Below are positions 39,423 to 58,105 of a stretch of 64,000 bases of DNA, in pieces (position 1 is the first letter of the stretch; every line of letters starts with the position of its first letter). The stretch lies in NCBI RefSeq assembly GCF_009914755.1, contig NC_060929.1. One strand, written 5' to 3'. A program made the translations under genes and the position numbers. Under the pieces are notes generated by a model, which saw nothing but the letters and a program-made list of their open reading frames with translations, had not been told where the DNA came from and made no database searches. The stretch is from the human T2T-CHM13v2.0 reference genome, Homo sapiens.

Positions 39423-42205
39423 TGTTGCAGTAATTTGGGAAGATGTTAGACCGTTTCCCTAAGGCCATTTATGGATATGATAGTTTGAGGATCTATTTTA
39501 GTCAGGAGGGAAGGAGAATTTTGTCAAGGGCAGTTCTCCATAGCCATTGGTCAAGATGACCCCATGGTTGTCAGATTTCCCAAAAGAAAGCACCAAGGGT
39601 TAATTAAAGGGCAAGAAGGGATTTGGAGCATAGTCTTTAAGAGTTGTTTGACATTGAGCAAGTCTCTGGCCTCCCAATTTCTGAGTCTGGAAGAGGGTGT
39701 GGGGTCAGTCTGGTGGCTCTGCCATGGTCTGGGAGGCTAAGGGTGTGTCTGAGCTGTATAAAAATCTAATTTTGGAAATGCTTCCTTGCCTGTGTTTGAG
39801 TGGAGAGTTGTGAGTTGGTGTTCATGAATTTTAGAGGCAAACTCTAGTGTTTGTCTTCTTGTTTCAGTTGGAAACTGGGTTTTCTCCAGTGAAAGCTGGC
39901 CTTTCTCTCCCAGTTTAAGGACTGGGATGTCCTGTATTTAGTTCAACAAGGGCCTACCACTTACTTAGATTAAGTACCCAAACCTGTACCACTTGCTTAG
40001 AGTGTTGATTTCAGAAATATGGACACAATCCAGAATGATGCCTGAAGCTTGTCACAACTGGTAATTTGTGATTGTTCTCTCACGTAAAGTTCTCAAGCCT
40101 TTATTGTGAAGAGAAATATGTCTTATCAAGTTCTAATGTCTCAAGCTTATTTTTCTTCGTACTATAAATGGAATAGAAACTGTATAAATAAGTATATTCT
40201 AGTTTAGTGCAGTGGGAAAGGAAGGAAGAGGCGATGCATCAACAATTTAGGGCAGGAGATACAGCAGAGGAGAGGGGTTAGGCATGGAGAAATGGGCACT
40301 GAGGTTAGAGAGGAGGGGCCTCTGCTCACATTCAGAGGAGAGGATCTTCTACCCACATAAATTCAAGACAAGGGCTCAGGTACAGGGGCCACAGAAAAGC
40401 CCCACATATTCAGAAAGTACAAGGCAGTTGTTAAGAACATAGATTCTGTGGAAGACAAACCCAGATGTAAACTCAAGCTCTACAACTTACTGAATAGGGT
40501 AGAGAAATTTATTCCTTTTAGTTCTTGGTTTGCTATTTTTTAAAATGTGGATAATAAAAGCACCTACCACATAAAGCTGCTTCAAGGATTAAATATGATA
40601 GTGCATATACTTTATATAATTTTATGTGCTTAGCAATTGATTTATAGACAGCACTTAATACAATTTGCTACTGCTTTTATTTTTATATTATTGTCATTAT
40701 TATTATAACTTTCATTTAACAAATTAGTATGTACACTAAGTATGCCAAGTCAGCATCATGCCTGAGAGAAGAAAGCCTCATAGCCACTCACATATTTTCA
40801 TAATTCAACAGAGATTTTTAGGCAATTTAGTACTATGAAAATAGAATCTTTCTGACCTGTATGCAAATCCTGGTTCTGCTATTTGACAGCTTGGGAAAAT
40901 TATTTTAACTTCTCCGAAAATTTGCTAGGTTATGAAGATTAAATGGATGATAAATCTGTATACCTAACAGAGGTGCCTGTCTTAAATAAGCCTTAGTAAT
41001 AATAGCTAATATCATTACGAAGTAAAATATTTTACTTCTAAAACACGCACAGCTGAAGAAGTTGATAAACAGGCACAGAGCAGAAAAACGACTTACCCAA
41101 CATTATAGAAAGGGCAGGACTGGAACCAAGATCTTCAAGCTTTAGGCCCATTGGTTTTGCCTATACATACATAGAACTCTCCATGAAGGAGTATTTGAAG
41201 TACGTTTGAGCGGTGTGGAGCCTAGTGAACTTGCAGTGAGAGACCAAAGTTAAAATCCAGCTCTGCCACTTAGTGACTGGGTGACTTTGTGCAACCCATG
41301 CAACTTCTATGAACTTCTCTTCCCGCATCTTATAAAATGGTGATAATGACCCTTGTTTGCTTTCCAGGAATGTTGCGAAGTTCAAATGAGATTAAAGAGA
41401 CGTTTGAAAATTATAGAGAGCAGCAGATGTATAAGGGATTTATATTTATATTACATACTTTAAAGTGGCAAGGGAACATATGCTTAATATTAGTTTATTA
41501 GCATATTGAAAATAATTTATTTTCTAGCTTCTGCTTTGGAGCAGGAAGGAGCAAAAGCAGTATTGTTTTAGGTACCCTTCATGCCAGCACGGTGTGTGCA
41601 TATGTGGATGCCTCCAAGTGTTGCTGTAACGAGAAAAACCTGGGAGCTCCAGCTGCCTGGAGTTCTTGTGCATTCAACTTCAAAGAAACCAAACCTGATA
41701 TTTAAAGTAATTAAAGGTGATTCAAATCTTTTCTTGAATCTCCTGGCAAAGATTAACAGGGATATAATTTATAACTGAAATCTTCTGACCATCCCCCTTT
41801 TCCTGATTCCTCCAATCCTCATATCTCTTATACTCTGAAGCCACTCCAAACCTTTTCTTTAAACCTTCTCTATCACATAAAAACTCAACTTGATTAACAA
41901 AAACAAAACAACCAAAGAAAACGAACCTTAGTGACTCTTCATTTTTCTTCTCATCTCTTGTCTTTCAGCTTCCATATCTCAGCTTTTAATTGACTAAATA
42001 TGTGTCTTTCTGATAAAAATTCCATCTCTTTACTTTTCAATTTGTCTCTCTGCTCATTTGCCAATTCTATGTCAAAAATTGGCCAGAGACGAACTGGAGT
42101 GGCTGAAATTCATCTTCTGAAGGTGGGAAAGAATTGAGGCATAGTAGGAAATGCTGAAAATGCAGAATTCTCATTAATACATTGGGGAAGGGTAGAAGAC
42201 AATAA

Positions 42206-42575
<370 letters not shown>

Positions 42576-43560
42576 GCAATTTTGTTTTCATCTGTCCAAA
42601 GGAATGACTGAATTGTGGATATGGGGATGTGAAGTGTATATTACGACTCCAGTTGTGGAGTAGTTGTCGGAAGCTGCTTATTTTTTGATTACTTTTCACA
42701 AGGGTTTTTCCTTCACATTTTCTTCAAGCGCCTATCTTGTGCTCTAAATTTCTACTGAACAAACCTCTTTAATACTGGCTACAAGTATCCTTATTTAAGT
42801 ATATATCTTTTATCTCCAAATATTTAGTTTCCTTAAATACTGAAAGCTCTCCTGCAAGAAAATGCCTTTTTAATAAGGGTTAAGTACTGACTAACCACCA
42901 TGGGACATCATTTTGATTTATTAAGAGGGTGTAGGAGGACAAGCCATTCTCTATTGTTGATCGCCATCTTGTGGAAATAACGATCAAAACGGCATAATTC
43001 AGATGTTGCAATCCTGCATGGGTCAGAATTCTTGGATTAGGATTCCTTCTTTGTCATATACTTTGAGCCAGCTACTTAATCTGTCTCAGTTTTTTTCATC
43101 TGTAAATGGGGGTAATCTACCAACCTCATGGTGCCTGACTTTATTGAACACATGGAGCTACTACTATGATGTATATTACAATTTGAGGAGCATTGACAAA
43201 TAAAACTAGGTTGCTAAATAAGAGCAATCATAATAACAAGTAGTAATAATATTGAAAATATAAAAATGGTTAGTATTTACTGAATGTCTACCTTGTGGAA
43301 GATTAGTAGATGCTGTTCTATGTTCTTTACATGAAGTATTTTCTTTAATGCTCCCCACAGCCCTTTTTATTGAATACTGTTTCTATATTCAATGCACAGA
43401 TGAGGAAACTGAGACTCTGAGGTTAACTAATTTGTCCAGTCTCATGGTGAATGAATAGTAAAGGTGGAATCAAACTCAAGTCTGATGTCACTATGTGAAA
43501 TCTTTACTGCTCTAGGATGCTTGTGAGAGGATTGGGCCTGGAAATCATATTTTATAGGGA

Positions 43561-43566
<6 letters not shown>

Positions 43567-43614
<48 letters not shown>

Positions 43615-43625
43615 TGTGTGTGTGT
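43567..43625 (+). repeat. (TG)n(AG)n(TG)n microsatellite
   Basis: Directly visible. Confidence 0.95.
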
Positions 43626-43656
43626 TGGGAACATTTCAAGTACTCTCTTCTAGCTA

Positions 43657-44017
<361 letters not shown>

Positions 44018-46347
44018 TTATATCTTCAATCTAACCATATGTTTATATCCGTTACTGAAATGTTTTCCATCTCCCTGCCCTCACATGCCTTCTCAGCCTC
44101 TAGTATCTATAATTCTATGCTATACCTCCATAAGATCAACTTTTTTAGTTTTCACATATTAGTGAGAACATGTGATATTTGTCTTTTTGTGACTGGCTTA
44201 TTTCACTGAACATAGTAATCTCCAGTTCCATCCATTTTGCTGCAAATGACAGGATTTCATAGTTTTTAAATGGCTGAATAGTATTCTATTATGTATATAT
44301 TCCACATTTTTAAAATCAGTTTGTCCATTGATAGACATTGAGGTTGATTTCATATCTTTGCTGTTGTACTAGTGCTGCAATAGACATATGGGTGCACATA
44401 TCGCTTTGATATACTGATTTCTTTTCCTTGGTATAAGTATCCAATAGTGGGATTGGCAGATTATATAGTAGTTCTATGTTTGGTTTCTTGAGAAATCTCC
44501 ATAACATTTTCCATAGTGGCTGTATTAATTTACACTTACATGAACACTGAAATTTATTTTATCGGGTAGAAGTATAGCTATTCTCGCTCTTTTTTGGTTT
44601 CCACTGGCATGGAATATCTTTTTTTTTCATCCCTTTATTTTCAGTCTGTGTGTGTCTTTATAGGTTAAGTGTGTTTCTTGGAGGCAACAGATTATGTTTT
44701 TTTTTTTAAATTCATTCAGCCAGTCTTTGTTTTGATTGGAGATTTAGTTGATTTACATTCCATATTATTGTTCATAAATAAGGATTTACTCCTGCCGTTT
44801 TGTTATTTCTTTTCCAGTTGTTTTGTGATCTTCTCTTCCTTATTTCTTTCCTTTCTGTCTTCCTTTTAGTGAAGATGATTTTCTCTGAAGACATGATTTA
44901 GTTTCTTGCTTTTTATCTTTCGTGTATCCATTGTATGTATTTTGGTTTGAGGTTACCATGAGGCCAGAACATACTATCTTATAACCCATTATTTTAAGCT
45001 GATAACAACCTAACATGATTTGCATAAACAAACAAACAAGCCAAATAACCTAATAAATACTCTACACCTTAACTTTATCCCCCGCTTTTTAACTTTTTGT
45101 TGTCTCTATTTACATTGTATTGTACAGTCTATGTCTTGAAAAGTTGTTGTAGTTATTATTTTTGATTGGTTCATTGTGTAGTCATTCTACTGAAGATAAG
45201 AGTAGTTTACTCACCCCAGTTACAGTGTTATGATATTCTGCGTTTTTCTGCGTACTTACTATTACTAGTGAGTTTTGTACCTGCAGATGATTTCTTATTG
45301 CTCATTAACATCCTTTTCTTTCTGATTGAAGTACTCCCTTTAGCATTTCTTGTAGGACAGGTCTGGTGTTGATGATATCCCTCAGCTTTTGTTTGTTTGG
45401 GAAAGCCTTTATTTCTCCTTCGTGTTTGAAGGATAATTTCACTGGATATACTATTCTAGGGTAAACTTTTTTTTTCTTTCAGCACCTTTAATTAATCATG
45501 CCACTCTCTCCTGTCCTGCAAGGTTTCCACTGAAAAATCTGCTTCCAAGTATATTAGCGTTCCATTGTATGTTATTTGTTTCTTTTCTCTTGCTGCTTTT
45601 AGGATGCTTTCTTTACCTTTGGGAGTTTGACTATTAAATGCCTTGAAGTAGTCTTCTTCGGTTAAATCTTCTTGTACTTGGATATTGATATCTTTCTCTA
45701 GCTTTGGGGCATTCTCTGTTATTATCCCTATGAATAAACTCTCTACCTCTATCTCTTTCTCTGCCTCCTCTTTAATACCAATAAACCTTAGATTTGCCAT
45801 TTTGCAGCTATTTTTTTCTAGATCCTGTCGGCATGCTTCATTTTTTAAATTCTGTTTTCATTTTTCTCCCATATATATTTTAAATAGCCTCTCTTCAAAT
45901 TCACTAATTATTCTGCTTGATCAATTCTGCTATTAAGACTCGGATGCATTCCTTAGTATGCCAATTGCATTTTTCAACTCCAGAACTTCTGCTTAATTCT
46001 TTTTAGGTATTTCAATCTCTTTGCTAAATTTATCTGATATTCTGAATTTCTTCTCTGTGTTATATTGAATTTCTTTGCGTTTCCTGAAAACGGCAATTTT
46101 GAATTATCTGTCTGAAAGGTTACATATCTCTGTTCCTTCAGGACTGGTCCCTGGTGCCTTACTTAGTTCATCTGGTAAGGTCATGTTTTCCTGGATCATC
46201 TTGATGCCTGTAGATGTTCGTTTATGTCTGGTCATTGAAGAGTTAGGTATTTATTGTAGTTTTTGCAGTCCAGGTTTACTTGTATTTATCCTTCTTGGGA
46301 AGGCTTTCAGATATTTGAAAGGACTTGGGTGTTGTGATCAAAACTGA

Positions 46348-46704
<357 letters not shown>

Positions 46705-49059
46705 AGCATTGTAATTCTTGTAGACTCATAGAGATAACCTCCTTGATGGTCTTGGACAACATCTGGAAGAATTCTCTGGATTGCCAGACAGAGAATTTTG
46801 TTCTTTTCCCTTATTTTCTCTCAAACAGATGGAGTCTGTCTCTGTTTTGAGCAACTTGGAGCTGGGTTGGAGTGACATAAGAACCTCTGTGGCCATCACC
46901 CCTACGACTGCATTGGATCAGTCCTAAAGCCAGTACCGCACTGGGTATTACACAAGGCCTGCTGTAACCACTCTCTGACTACCACCTATGTTCACTCAAA
47001 GCCCTGGGGCTCTACAATCAGCAGGTGGCAAAGCCAACCAGGCTTATATTATTCTCTTCAGGGTGGCAAACTCCTCCAGGCCCCAGGTGGGTGCCAAGGT
47101 GCTGTCCAGGAGCCAGGGACTAGATTCAAAATCATAGAACTCCACCTGGTATTTTATTGTACTGTGGCTGAGCTGGCACTAAAACCATTAGACACAGTTC
47201 TTCTCACTCTTCTCTCCCCTTTCCAAAGGCAAAGGAGCCTCTCCCCATGGCCACCGCCATGTCAGGCTCATGGGGAATACTGCCAGACTACTACTGATGT
47301 TCCCTTAAGGCCTGAGGGCTCTTGAGTCAGCTTGTGGTGAATGCTGTCTGGCCTGGGACTCACCCTGCAGGGATGCAGCCTCCCCTCTGGTACAAAGCAG
47401 GCCCGGAAGTGCTGTCTAAGAGCCAAGTCCTGGAACCAGGGACTCCAAAAGCGCACTTGGTGCTCTACCCACTGTGGCCAAGCTAGTACCTAAGGTGCAA
47501 GGCAAATTCTCCTTAACTTTTCCCCTTGTTTTTATCAAGCAGAAGGAGTCTCACCCCATAGCCACTACAGCTGGGAATGTGTTGAGTCTTACCTGAGGCT
47601 AGCAAGTCTCAGAGACTCACCCAAGGGCCTCAGTGTAGTACCTGGGTACTGCTGACGCTTATTCAGAGCTCAAGGGCTCTTCAGTTAGCAGGTGATTAAT
47701 CCTGTCAGGATTGGGTCCTTCTCTTCAAGGCAGCAGGTTCCCTTCTAACCCAGGGTGTGTCTAGAAATGTCTGGGAGCTAGGGCCTGGAAGGGGGGCCTC
47801 ACAGCTCTGACCATACTCTATGCTGCTGTAGCTAGGCTGGTATCCAAGATGCAAGACAAAATTCTCCCCACTCCTGTCTCTGCTCTCCTCAAGAGGAAGG
47901 AAGGGATCTCTTTTGGAGCTGCAAGCTATACAGCTTGGGGTTACGGGAGGGTTAGCACTGCTTAAATTGTCCTGGCTGGTGATCAGTAGGTTTTGTGCCC
48001 TCCAACCCCCAGTTCACTGCGGGCCCAGTTCAGCCCTAGGACTCACCTAGGTGTTGCAGTCCTTGTGGCCTAGATTCTTTTTCAAATTTATTTGGTGCCC
48101 CAGAGCACTTTAGCCCACAGTGGTGAGGCTTGTGGGAACTGAAGTTTGGACCTCTGGGATCTGTGATTTCCCTCTGGCCAGGGCTGATTTAAATGCATCC
48201 TCTATGGGCCAGCATCAGCTAAGTTTGGTCTAGTTTTACTTTCTGCTATAACAAGGGCAGTGCTGAGTTTAACGCCTCATAATTGCTGGCTCTCCATCTC
48301 CCCGGGGAACAGAAATACTCTCTGTACCACACTGCCCCTGCCAGGGAGGTGGGGGAGAAGTGGCATCAGTGATTCTAGACTGTATTTCCTCCCTCTTCAG
48401 TGCCTCTTTCAGTGATATGAAGTTAAAATCAGGTATTGTGAGAGCTTACTTGACTTTTGGTTCTTACGAAGGTTTTTTTTTTTGAGCGTAGATAGTTTTT
48501 ACATTGGTTTCTTTGCAGGGGGGACAATTGGTGGAGCCTTCTATTCTGCCATATTGCTCCACCTCTCCATCTGTTTCTTGATGTGTTTCTTTCTCAAACA
48601 TATAACTCAACTTACAGAAATTTCTTTCTTTTCTGCTAACACTTTAGCATTAAATGTTAGAGATGGAATGAAACTTAAAAGAAAAAAAAAGCTAGCCAAC
48701 TCTAGCCACACACCATGCATGCTTCTATATCACCCTTGCTTGTTTTGTTACTTCCACACCAGCAGTGTATGAAAGTTCCTTTTTCTTTACAACCTCACCA
48801 GCATCTATTATTTTTTGTCTTTTTATTTTTATTTTATTTTATTTTTCTTTTATTATTATACTTTAAGTTTTAGGGTACATGTGCACATTGTGCAGGTTAG
48901 TTACATATGTATACATGTGCCATGCTGGTGCGCTGCACCCACTAACTCATCATCTAGCATTAGGTATATCTCCCAGTGCTATCCCTCCCCCCTCCCCCCA
49001 CCCCACAACAGTCCCCAGAGTGTGATGTTCCCCTTCCTGTGTCCATGTGATCTCATTGT

Positions 49060-52902
<3,843 letters not shown>

Positions 52903-52938
52903 TTAGTTGATGCAGTTTCTTCCTAGTCTCGATGGTCT

Positions 52939-53955
52939 TTACATTTTGGCATGATTTTTCAGCGGCTGGTACCGGTTGTTCCTTTCCATGTTTAGCGCTT
53001 CCTTCAGGAGCTCTTTTAGCGCAGGCCTGGTGGTGACAAAATCTCTCAGAATTTGCTTGTCTGTAAAGTATTTTATTTCTCTTTCACTTATGAAGCTTAG
53101 TTTGGCTGGATATGAAATTCTGGGTTGAAAATTCTTGTCTTTAAGAATGTTGAATATTGGCCCCCACTCTCTTCTGGCTTGTAGGGTTTCTTCCGAGAGA
53201 TCCGCTGTTAGTCTGATGGGCTTCCCTTTGAGGGTAACCCGACCTTTCTCTCTGGCTGCCCTTAACATTTTTTCCCTCATTTCAACTTTGGTGAATCTGA
53301 CAATTATGTGTCTTGGAGTTGCTCTTCTCGAGGAGTATCTTTGTGGCATTCTCTGTATTTCCTGAATCTGAATGTTGGCCTGCCTTGCTAGATTGGGGAA
53401 GTTCTCCTGGATAATATCCTGCAGAGTGTTTTCCAACTTGGTTCCATTTTCCCCATCACTTTCAGGTACAGCAATCAGACGTAGATTTGGTCTTTTCACA
53501 TAGTTCCATATTTCTTGGAGGCTTTGCTCATTTCTTTTTATTCTTTTTTCTCTAAACTTCCCTTCTCACTTCATTTCATTCATTTCATCTTCCATCGCTG
53601 ATACCCTTTCTTCCAGTTGATTGCATCAGCTCCTGAGGCTTCTGCATTCTTCACGTAGTTCTTGAGCCTTGGTTTTCAGCTCCATCAGCTCCTTTAAGCA
53701 CTTCTCTGTATTGGTTATTCTAGTTATACATTCTTCTAAATTTTTTTCAAAGTTTTCAACTTCTTTGCCTTTGGTTTGAATGTCCTCCCGTAGCTCAGAG
53801 TAATTTGATCGTCTGAAGCCTTCTTCTCTCAGCTCGTCAAAGTCATTCTCCGTCCAGCTTTGTTCCGTTGCTGGTGAGGAACTGTGTTCCTTTGGAGGAG
53901 GACAGGTGCTCTGCTTTTTAGAGTTTCCAATTTTTCTGCTCTGTTTTTTCCCCAT
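52939..53955 (-). pseudogene. L1 ORF1 (RNA chaperone), disrupted
   Basis: MGKKQSRK... stops after 109 aa (TGA at 53628-53626); the rest is in ORF 52939-53499. Confidence 0.93.
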
Positions 53956-54410
53956 CTTTGTGGTTTCATCTACTTTTGGTCTTTGATGATGGTGATGTAG
54001 AGATGGGTTTTTGGTGTGGATGTCCTTTCTGTTTGTTAGTTTTCCTTGTAACAGACAGGACCCTCAGCTGCAGGTCTGTTGGAATACCCTGCCGTGTGAG
54101 GTATCAGTGTGTCCCTGCTGGGGGGTGCCTCCCAGTTAGGCTGCTCGGGGGTCAGGGGTCAGGCACCCACTTGAGGAGGCAGTCTGCCCCTTCTCAGATC
54201 TCCAGCTGCGTGCTGGGAGAACCACTGCTCTCTTCAAAGCTGTCAGATAGGGACATTTAAGTCTGCAGAGGTTACTGCTGTCTTTTTGTTTGTCTGTGCC
54301 CTGCCCCAAGAGGTGGAGCCTACAGAGGCAGGCAGGCCTCCTTGAGCTGTGGTGGGCTCCGCCCAGTTGGAGCTTCGAGGCTGCTTTGTTTACCTAAGCA
54401 AGCCTGGGCA

Positions 54411-54755
54411 ATGGAGGGCGCCCCTCCCCCAGCCTCGCTGCCGCCTTGCAGTTTGATCTCAGACTGCTGTGCTAGCAATCAGCGAGACTCCGTGGGCGTA
54501 GGACCCTCCGAACCAGGTGTGGGACATAATCTCGTAGTGCGCCGTTTTTTAAGCCCGACGGAAAAGAGCAGTATTCGTGTGGGAGTGACCCGATTTTCCA
54601 GGTGCCGTCCATCACCCCTTTCTTTGACTCTGAAAGGGAACTCCCTGACCCCTTGCGCTTCCCAAGTGAGGCAATGCCTCACCCTGCTTCGGCTCGCGCA
54701 CGGTGCGCACACCCACTGGCCTGCGCCCGCTGTCTGGCACTCCCTAGTGAGATGA
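54411..54755 (+). CDS. L1 antisense ORF0, intact 114-aa form (expression not shown)
   Basis: GGGCAATGG strong Kozak context; MEGAPPPASLPPCSLISDCCASNQRDSVGVGPSEPG matches primate ORF0. Confidence 0.6.
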   Translation: MEGAPPPASLPPCSLISDCCASNQRDSVGVGPSEPGVGHNLVVRRFLSPTEKSSIRVGVTRFSRCRPSPLSLTLKGNSLTPCASQVRQCLTLLRLAHGAHTHWPAPAVWHSLVR

Positions 54756-54857
54756 ACCCGGTATCTAACATGGAAATGCAGAAATCACCCGTCTTCTGTG
54801 TCAGTCATGCTGGGAGCTGTAGACCGGAGCTGTTCCTATTCGGCCATCTTGGCTCCC

Positions 54858-56230
54858 TATTTTTTGTCTTTTTAATAACAGCCATTCTCACTGGGTAAGA
54901 TGATATCTCATGGTGGTTTTGGTGTGTATTTCCCTGTTGATTAATAATATTGGAATTGTTTTATGTGTCTTCTTTTGAGAAGTGTCTTTTCATGTCCTTT
55001 GTACACTTTTCAATGGGGTTTTTTTTGCTTGTATATGTGCTTAAGTTCCTCATAGATTCTGGATCTTAGACTTTTGTTGGATGCATAGTTTGCAAAAGTT
55101 TTCCCTTATTCTGAAGGTTGTCTGTTTACTCTTTTGGTAGTTTCCTTTGCTGTGCAGAAGCTGGTTATTTCAATTAGGTCTCCATTGTCACTTTCTGTTT
55201 TTGTTGCATTTGCTTGTGAGGGCTTAGTCATAAATTCTTTGCTTAGACCAATGTCCAAAAAAGTGTTTCCTAGGTTTTCTTCTAGGATTTTTATTGGTTG
55301 AGGCATTATATTTAAGTTTAAAATCCATCTTCAGTTAATTTTTGTATATGGTGAAAGGCAGGGTTCCAGTTTCGTTCATTTGCATAGGGTTAGCCAGTTA
55401 TCCTAGCACCATTTATTAAATAGAAAATTCTTTCCCAATTGTTTCTTTTTGTCAGCTTTGTCAGGTCAGATGGTTTTAGATTTATGGCTTTATTTCTGTG
55501 CTATCTATTTTGTTCCACTGGTCTATTTTTGTACCAGTACCATACTATTTTGACTACTGTAGCCTTGTAGTATAGTTTGAAGTCAGGTAATGTGATGCCT
55601 CCAGTTTTATTCTTTTTACTCAAGATTGCTCTGACTGGGCTCTTTTGGCTTCATATGAATTTTAGAATTTTGTTTTCTAATTTGTGAAAAGTGATGTTGG
55701 TAATTTAATAGGAATTGCATTGAATCTATAGATTGCTTTGGCCAGTATGGTCATTTTAACAACATTGATTCTTTCTTTCTTTCTTTTCTTTTTTTTTTTT
55801 TTTTTGAAACAGAGTCTCGCTCTGTCACCCAGGCTGGAGTACAGTTGCATGACCTTGGCTCACTGCAGCTTCTCCTCCCAGGTTCAAGTGATTCACCTGC
55901 CTCAGCCTCCCGAGTAGCTAGGATTACAGGCATGCACCACCACTCCCAGCTAATTTTTTTTGTATTTTTAGTAGTGACGGGGTTTCGTCATGTTGGCCAG
56001 GCTGGTCTCGAACTCCTGACCTCAAGTGATGTGCCTGCCTCGGCCTCCCAAACTGCTGGGATTATAGATGTGAGCCACCATGCCCAGCCAATGTTGATTC
56101 TTTCAACCCATTAGCATAAAATATTTTTCCATTTGTTTGTGTCATTTATGATTTATTTCAACTGTGTTTTGTAGTTCACCTTATAGAGATCTTTCACCTC
56201 CTTGCTTATATGTATTCCTAGATACTGTAT
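54858..56230 (-). mobile_element. Older L1PB/L1MA ORF2 fragment (continues at about 48750-48808), split by the L1PA3 and an Alu
   Basis: [24 protein letters not shown] peptide; the sequence is continuous across the L1PA3 TSD. Confidence 0.85.
55770..56089 (-). mobile_element. AluS element
   Basis: T-rich tail plus Alu body; TSD-like TTGATTCTTT on both sides. Confidence 0.92.
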
Positions 56231-56325
56231 TTTATTTTTGTGAGCTGCCCATGTTTTAATTGGCTCATTTTTTATTGAGTTGTAACAGTTCTTTATATAT
56301 CTTAGATAATAGACCCTTATCAAAT

Positions 56326-56962
56326 ATAGCCGATTCTCACTATTTGTAGGTTTTATATTTGTGAATTTGCCTATTTGCTAAAATTATTTGTATTCCCCAA
56401 ATCAGTGGTCATTTGAAGATATGCAGAGCAGTGAAAAATTTAGTTGCTAGAGGTGCACATTCTTAGCTGAGGTTGACTAAGGCATTGCTCTATCTTCTTG
56501 TTTCAGCTTTCATACAGAGATTACCAGAAGATTGCCAGTGCAGTATACTGCAAAAAGTTTCAGCTCTGGGGTCAGTTGCACGGGTTTGAGTCTCAACTCA
56601 GACCTGTGAGGCAGCCTCAGGTAAGTTTCTTATCTCTTCTGAACCTTGTTTCCCCTTTTGTAAATTAAAGAAAATAGAGTCTACCAAAATGAGTTACTTT
56701 TAGGATATAAGATTATAATCTATGATATATATCCAAATATTATATATGATGTAAATATATATACATTATATATACAATGTAAATATATAATGCAAATATA
56801 TATATAATTGGGATATACATATACACACACATACACACAGAGTGTATATAAAAATGTGTATATTTCTCTAGGAACAACATTCCAATATTTGCTAATTCAA
56901 TGTCTGCAGTGACTTTTAGAACCTGAGTATTACAAATAACACAAATAAGAAGAATCCACTAT
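56326..56962. mobile_element. TcMar-Tigger MITE (MER82/Tigger4-like) with an internal TA-rich expansion
   Basis: TIR-like tagccgattctcactattt ... aataagaagaatccacta; gctgaggttgactaaggcattgctctatcttcttgtttcagc. Confidence 0.65.
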
Positions 56963-58105
56963 GTATAATTTGTAAATACTGTTTCCCATTTGGTAGGTGG
57001 TCATTTCACTTTCTTGATAGTGTCTTTTGATACAAAAAAGTTATTAATTTTGATGAAGTGCAATTTGTCTATTCTTTATTTTGTTGTTTGTGTCTCCAGT
57101 TCTAACTTTTAAGTCAAAGTGATTTTTAGTTCAGTCACAGGTGAAACAACTATGCTGATATGGGTGGGGTTCCATTCATTCATAAACGGCTGCATAAACA
57201 CTTAGAAGAGAAGGTTGATTGATTTGCGGAGAGTTATACAGCTAATAGAGGGCAGAGTTAAGAATCAAACCCATGTCTGATGTTGAAACCTATAATCTCA
57301 AGTGCTTTAATTATGCAGAAAGGATATTTATGATGAGCTAAAGTTGATGGTAAACTTTTTTTTAAAGAGTGGGTAGCATTTAAACCAAAGGAAGAAAGGA
57401 AGTGTTTTTCTTTTCAGGGAACTGTTATTTGTAGAAGATATGTTCAAATATAACAGATAAGTACAAATAAGCATTGGCAAACCCTTGTTATCACTTCTAG
57501 TTCTTTGTTGCAAGAATATTATCCCACTATCTGAGAACTTAGATGTTATTAATAGAGGGGTAGGCTGTTGTAATCACTACTTATGGACACAAGAGGGTGC
57601 TAAAAGATCTCAGTTCTCCTAGTTCTTTATGTCCAGGTGTAGAAAATCTGTTCCCTTTCCTTAATGTTGTTTCTCTGTGTGAAAATAAACTTAGATTTAA
57701 AAGTTCAGAAAGACATTAATAGAGATAAATGAAAATACTGCCTAATATACAAATATTCAGATTTCCAGAATAACAGAAATTTAGTAGAGTTCTTAAAGAT
57801 TTGGTACTATTTTACATGAATGTAGTAAAATGTCAGATCTAGAGAGAACATTTGAGATTACTCTTTTTTCCCCTTCCTGCTCTCTTTCTTCCTTCCCTCT
57901 CCCTTCTTTTTTCCTTCCATTTTGTTAAGCAATATTTCCAATCTGACAAACAAAACAAACTATAAGTACAACTATTCTTCATGAAATGAAGACAGGGCAC
58001 TGAAGCCCAATCTCTGACCTTATTTCACCACCATGGCTGGCCTGGTGATATGTCTGGGTAGCCTCAGGGTGTCACGTAAAAGAGTTTAAAGTATAATTGC
58101 CGATG

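Noticed and set aside
39755-40065. TATAAAA plus acceptor- and donor-like sites suggesting a plus-strand exon
   Set aside because: The frame I read stops early, no ORF of 60 aa or more is listed here, the donor is weak, and such motifs are common by chance in AT-rich DNA.
41570-41760. Cys-rich reading frames as a possible Kazal/SPINK remnant
   Set aside because: No Kazal cysteine spacing or PVCG-x-DG-x-TY motif in any frame I read.
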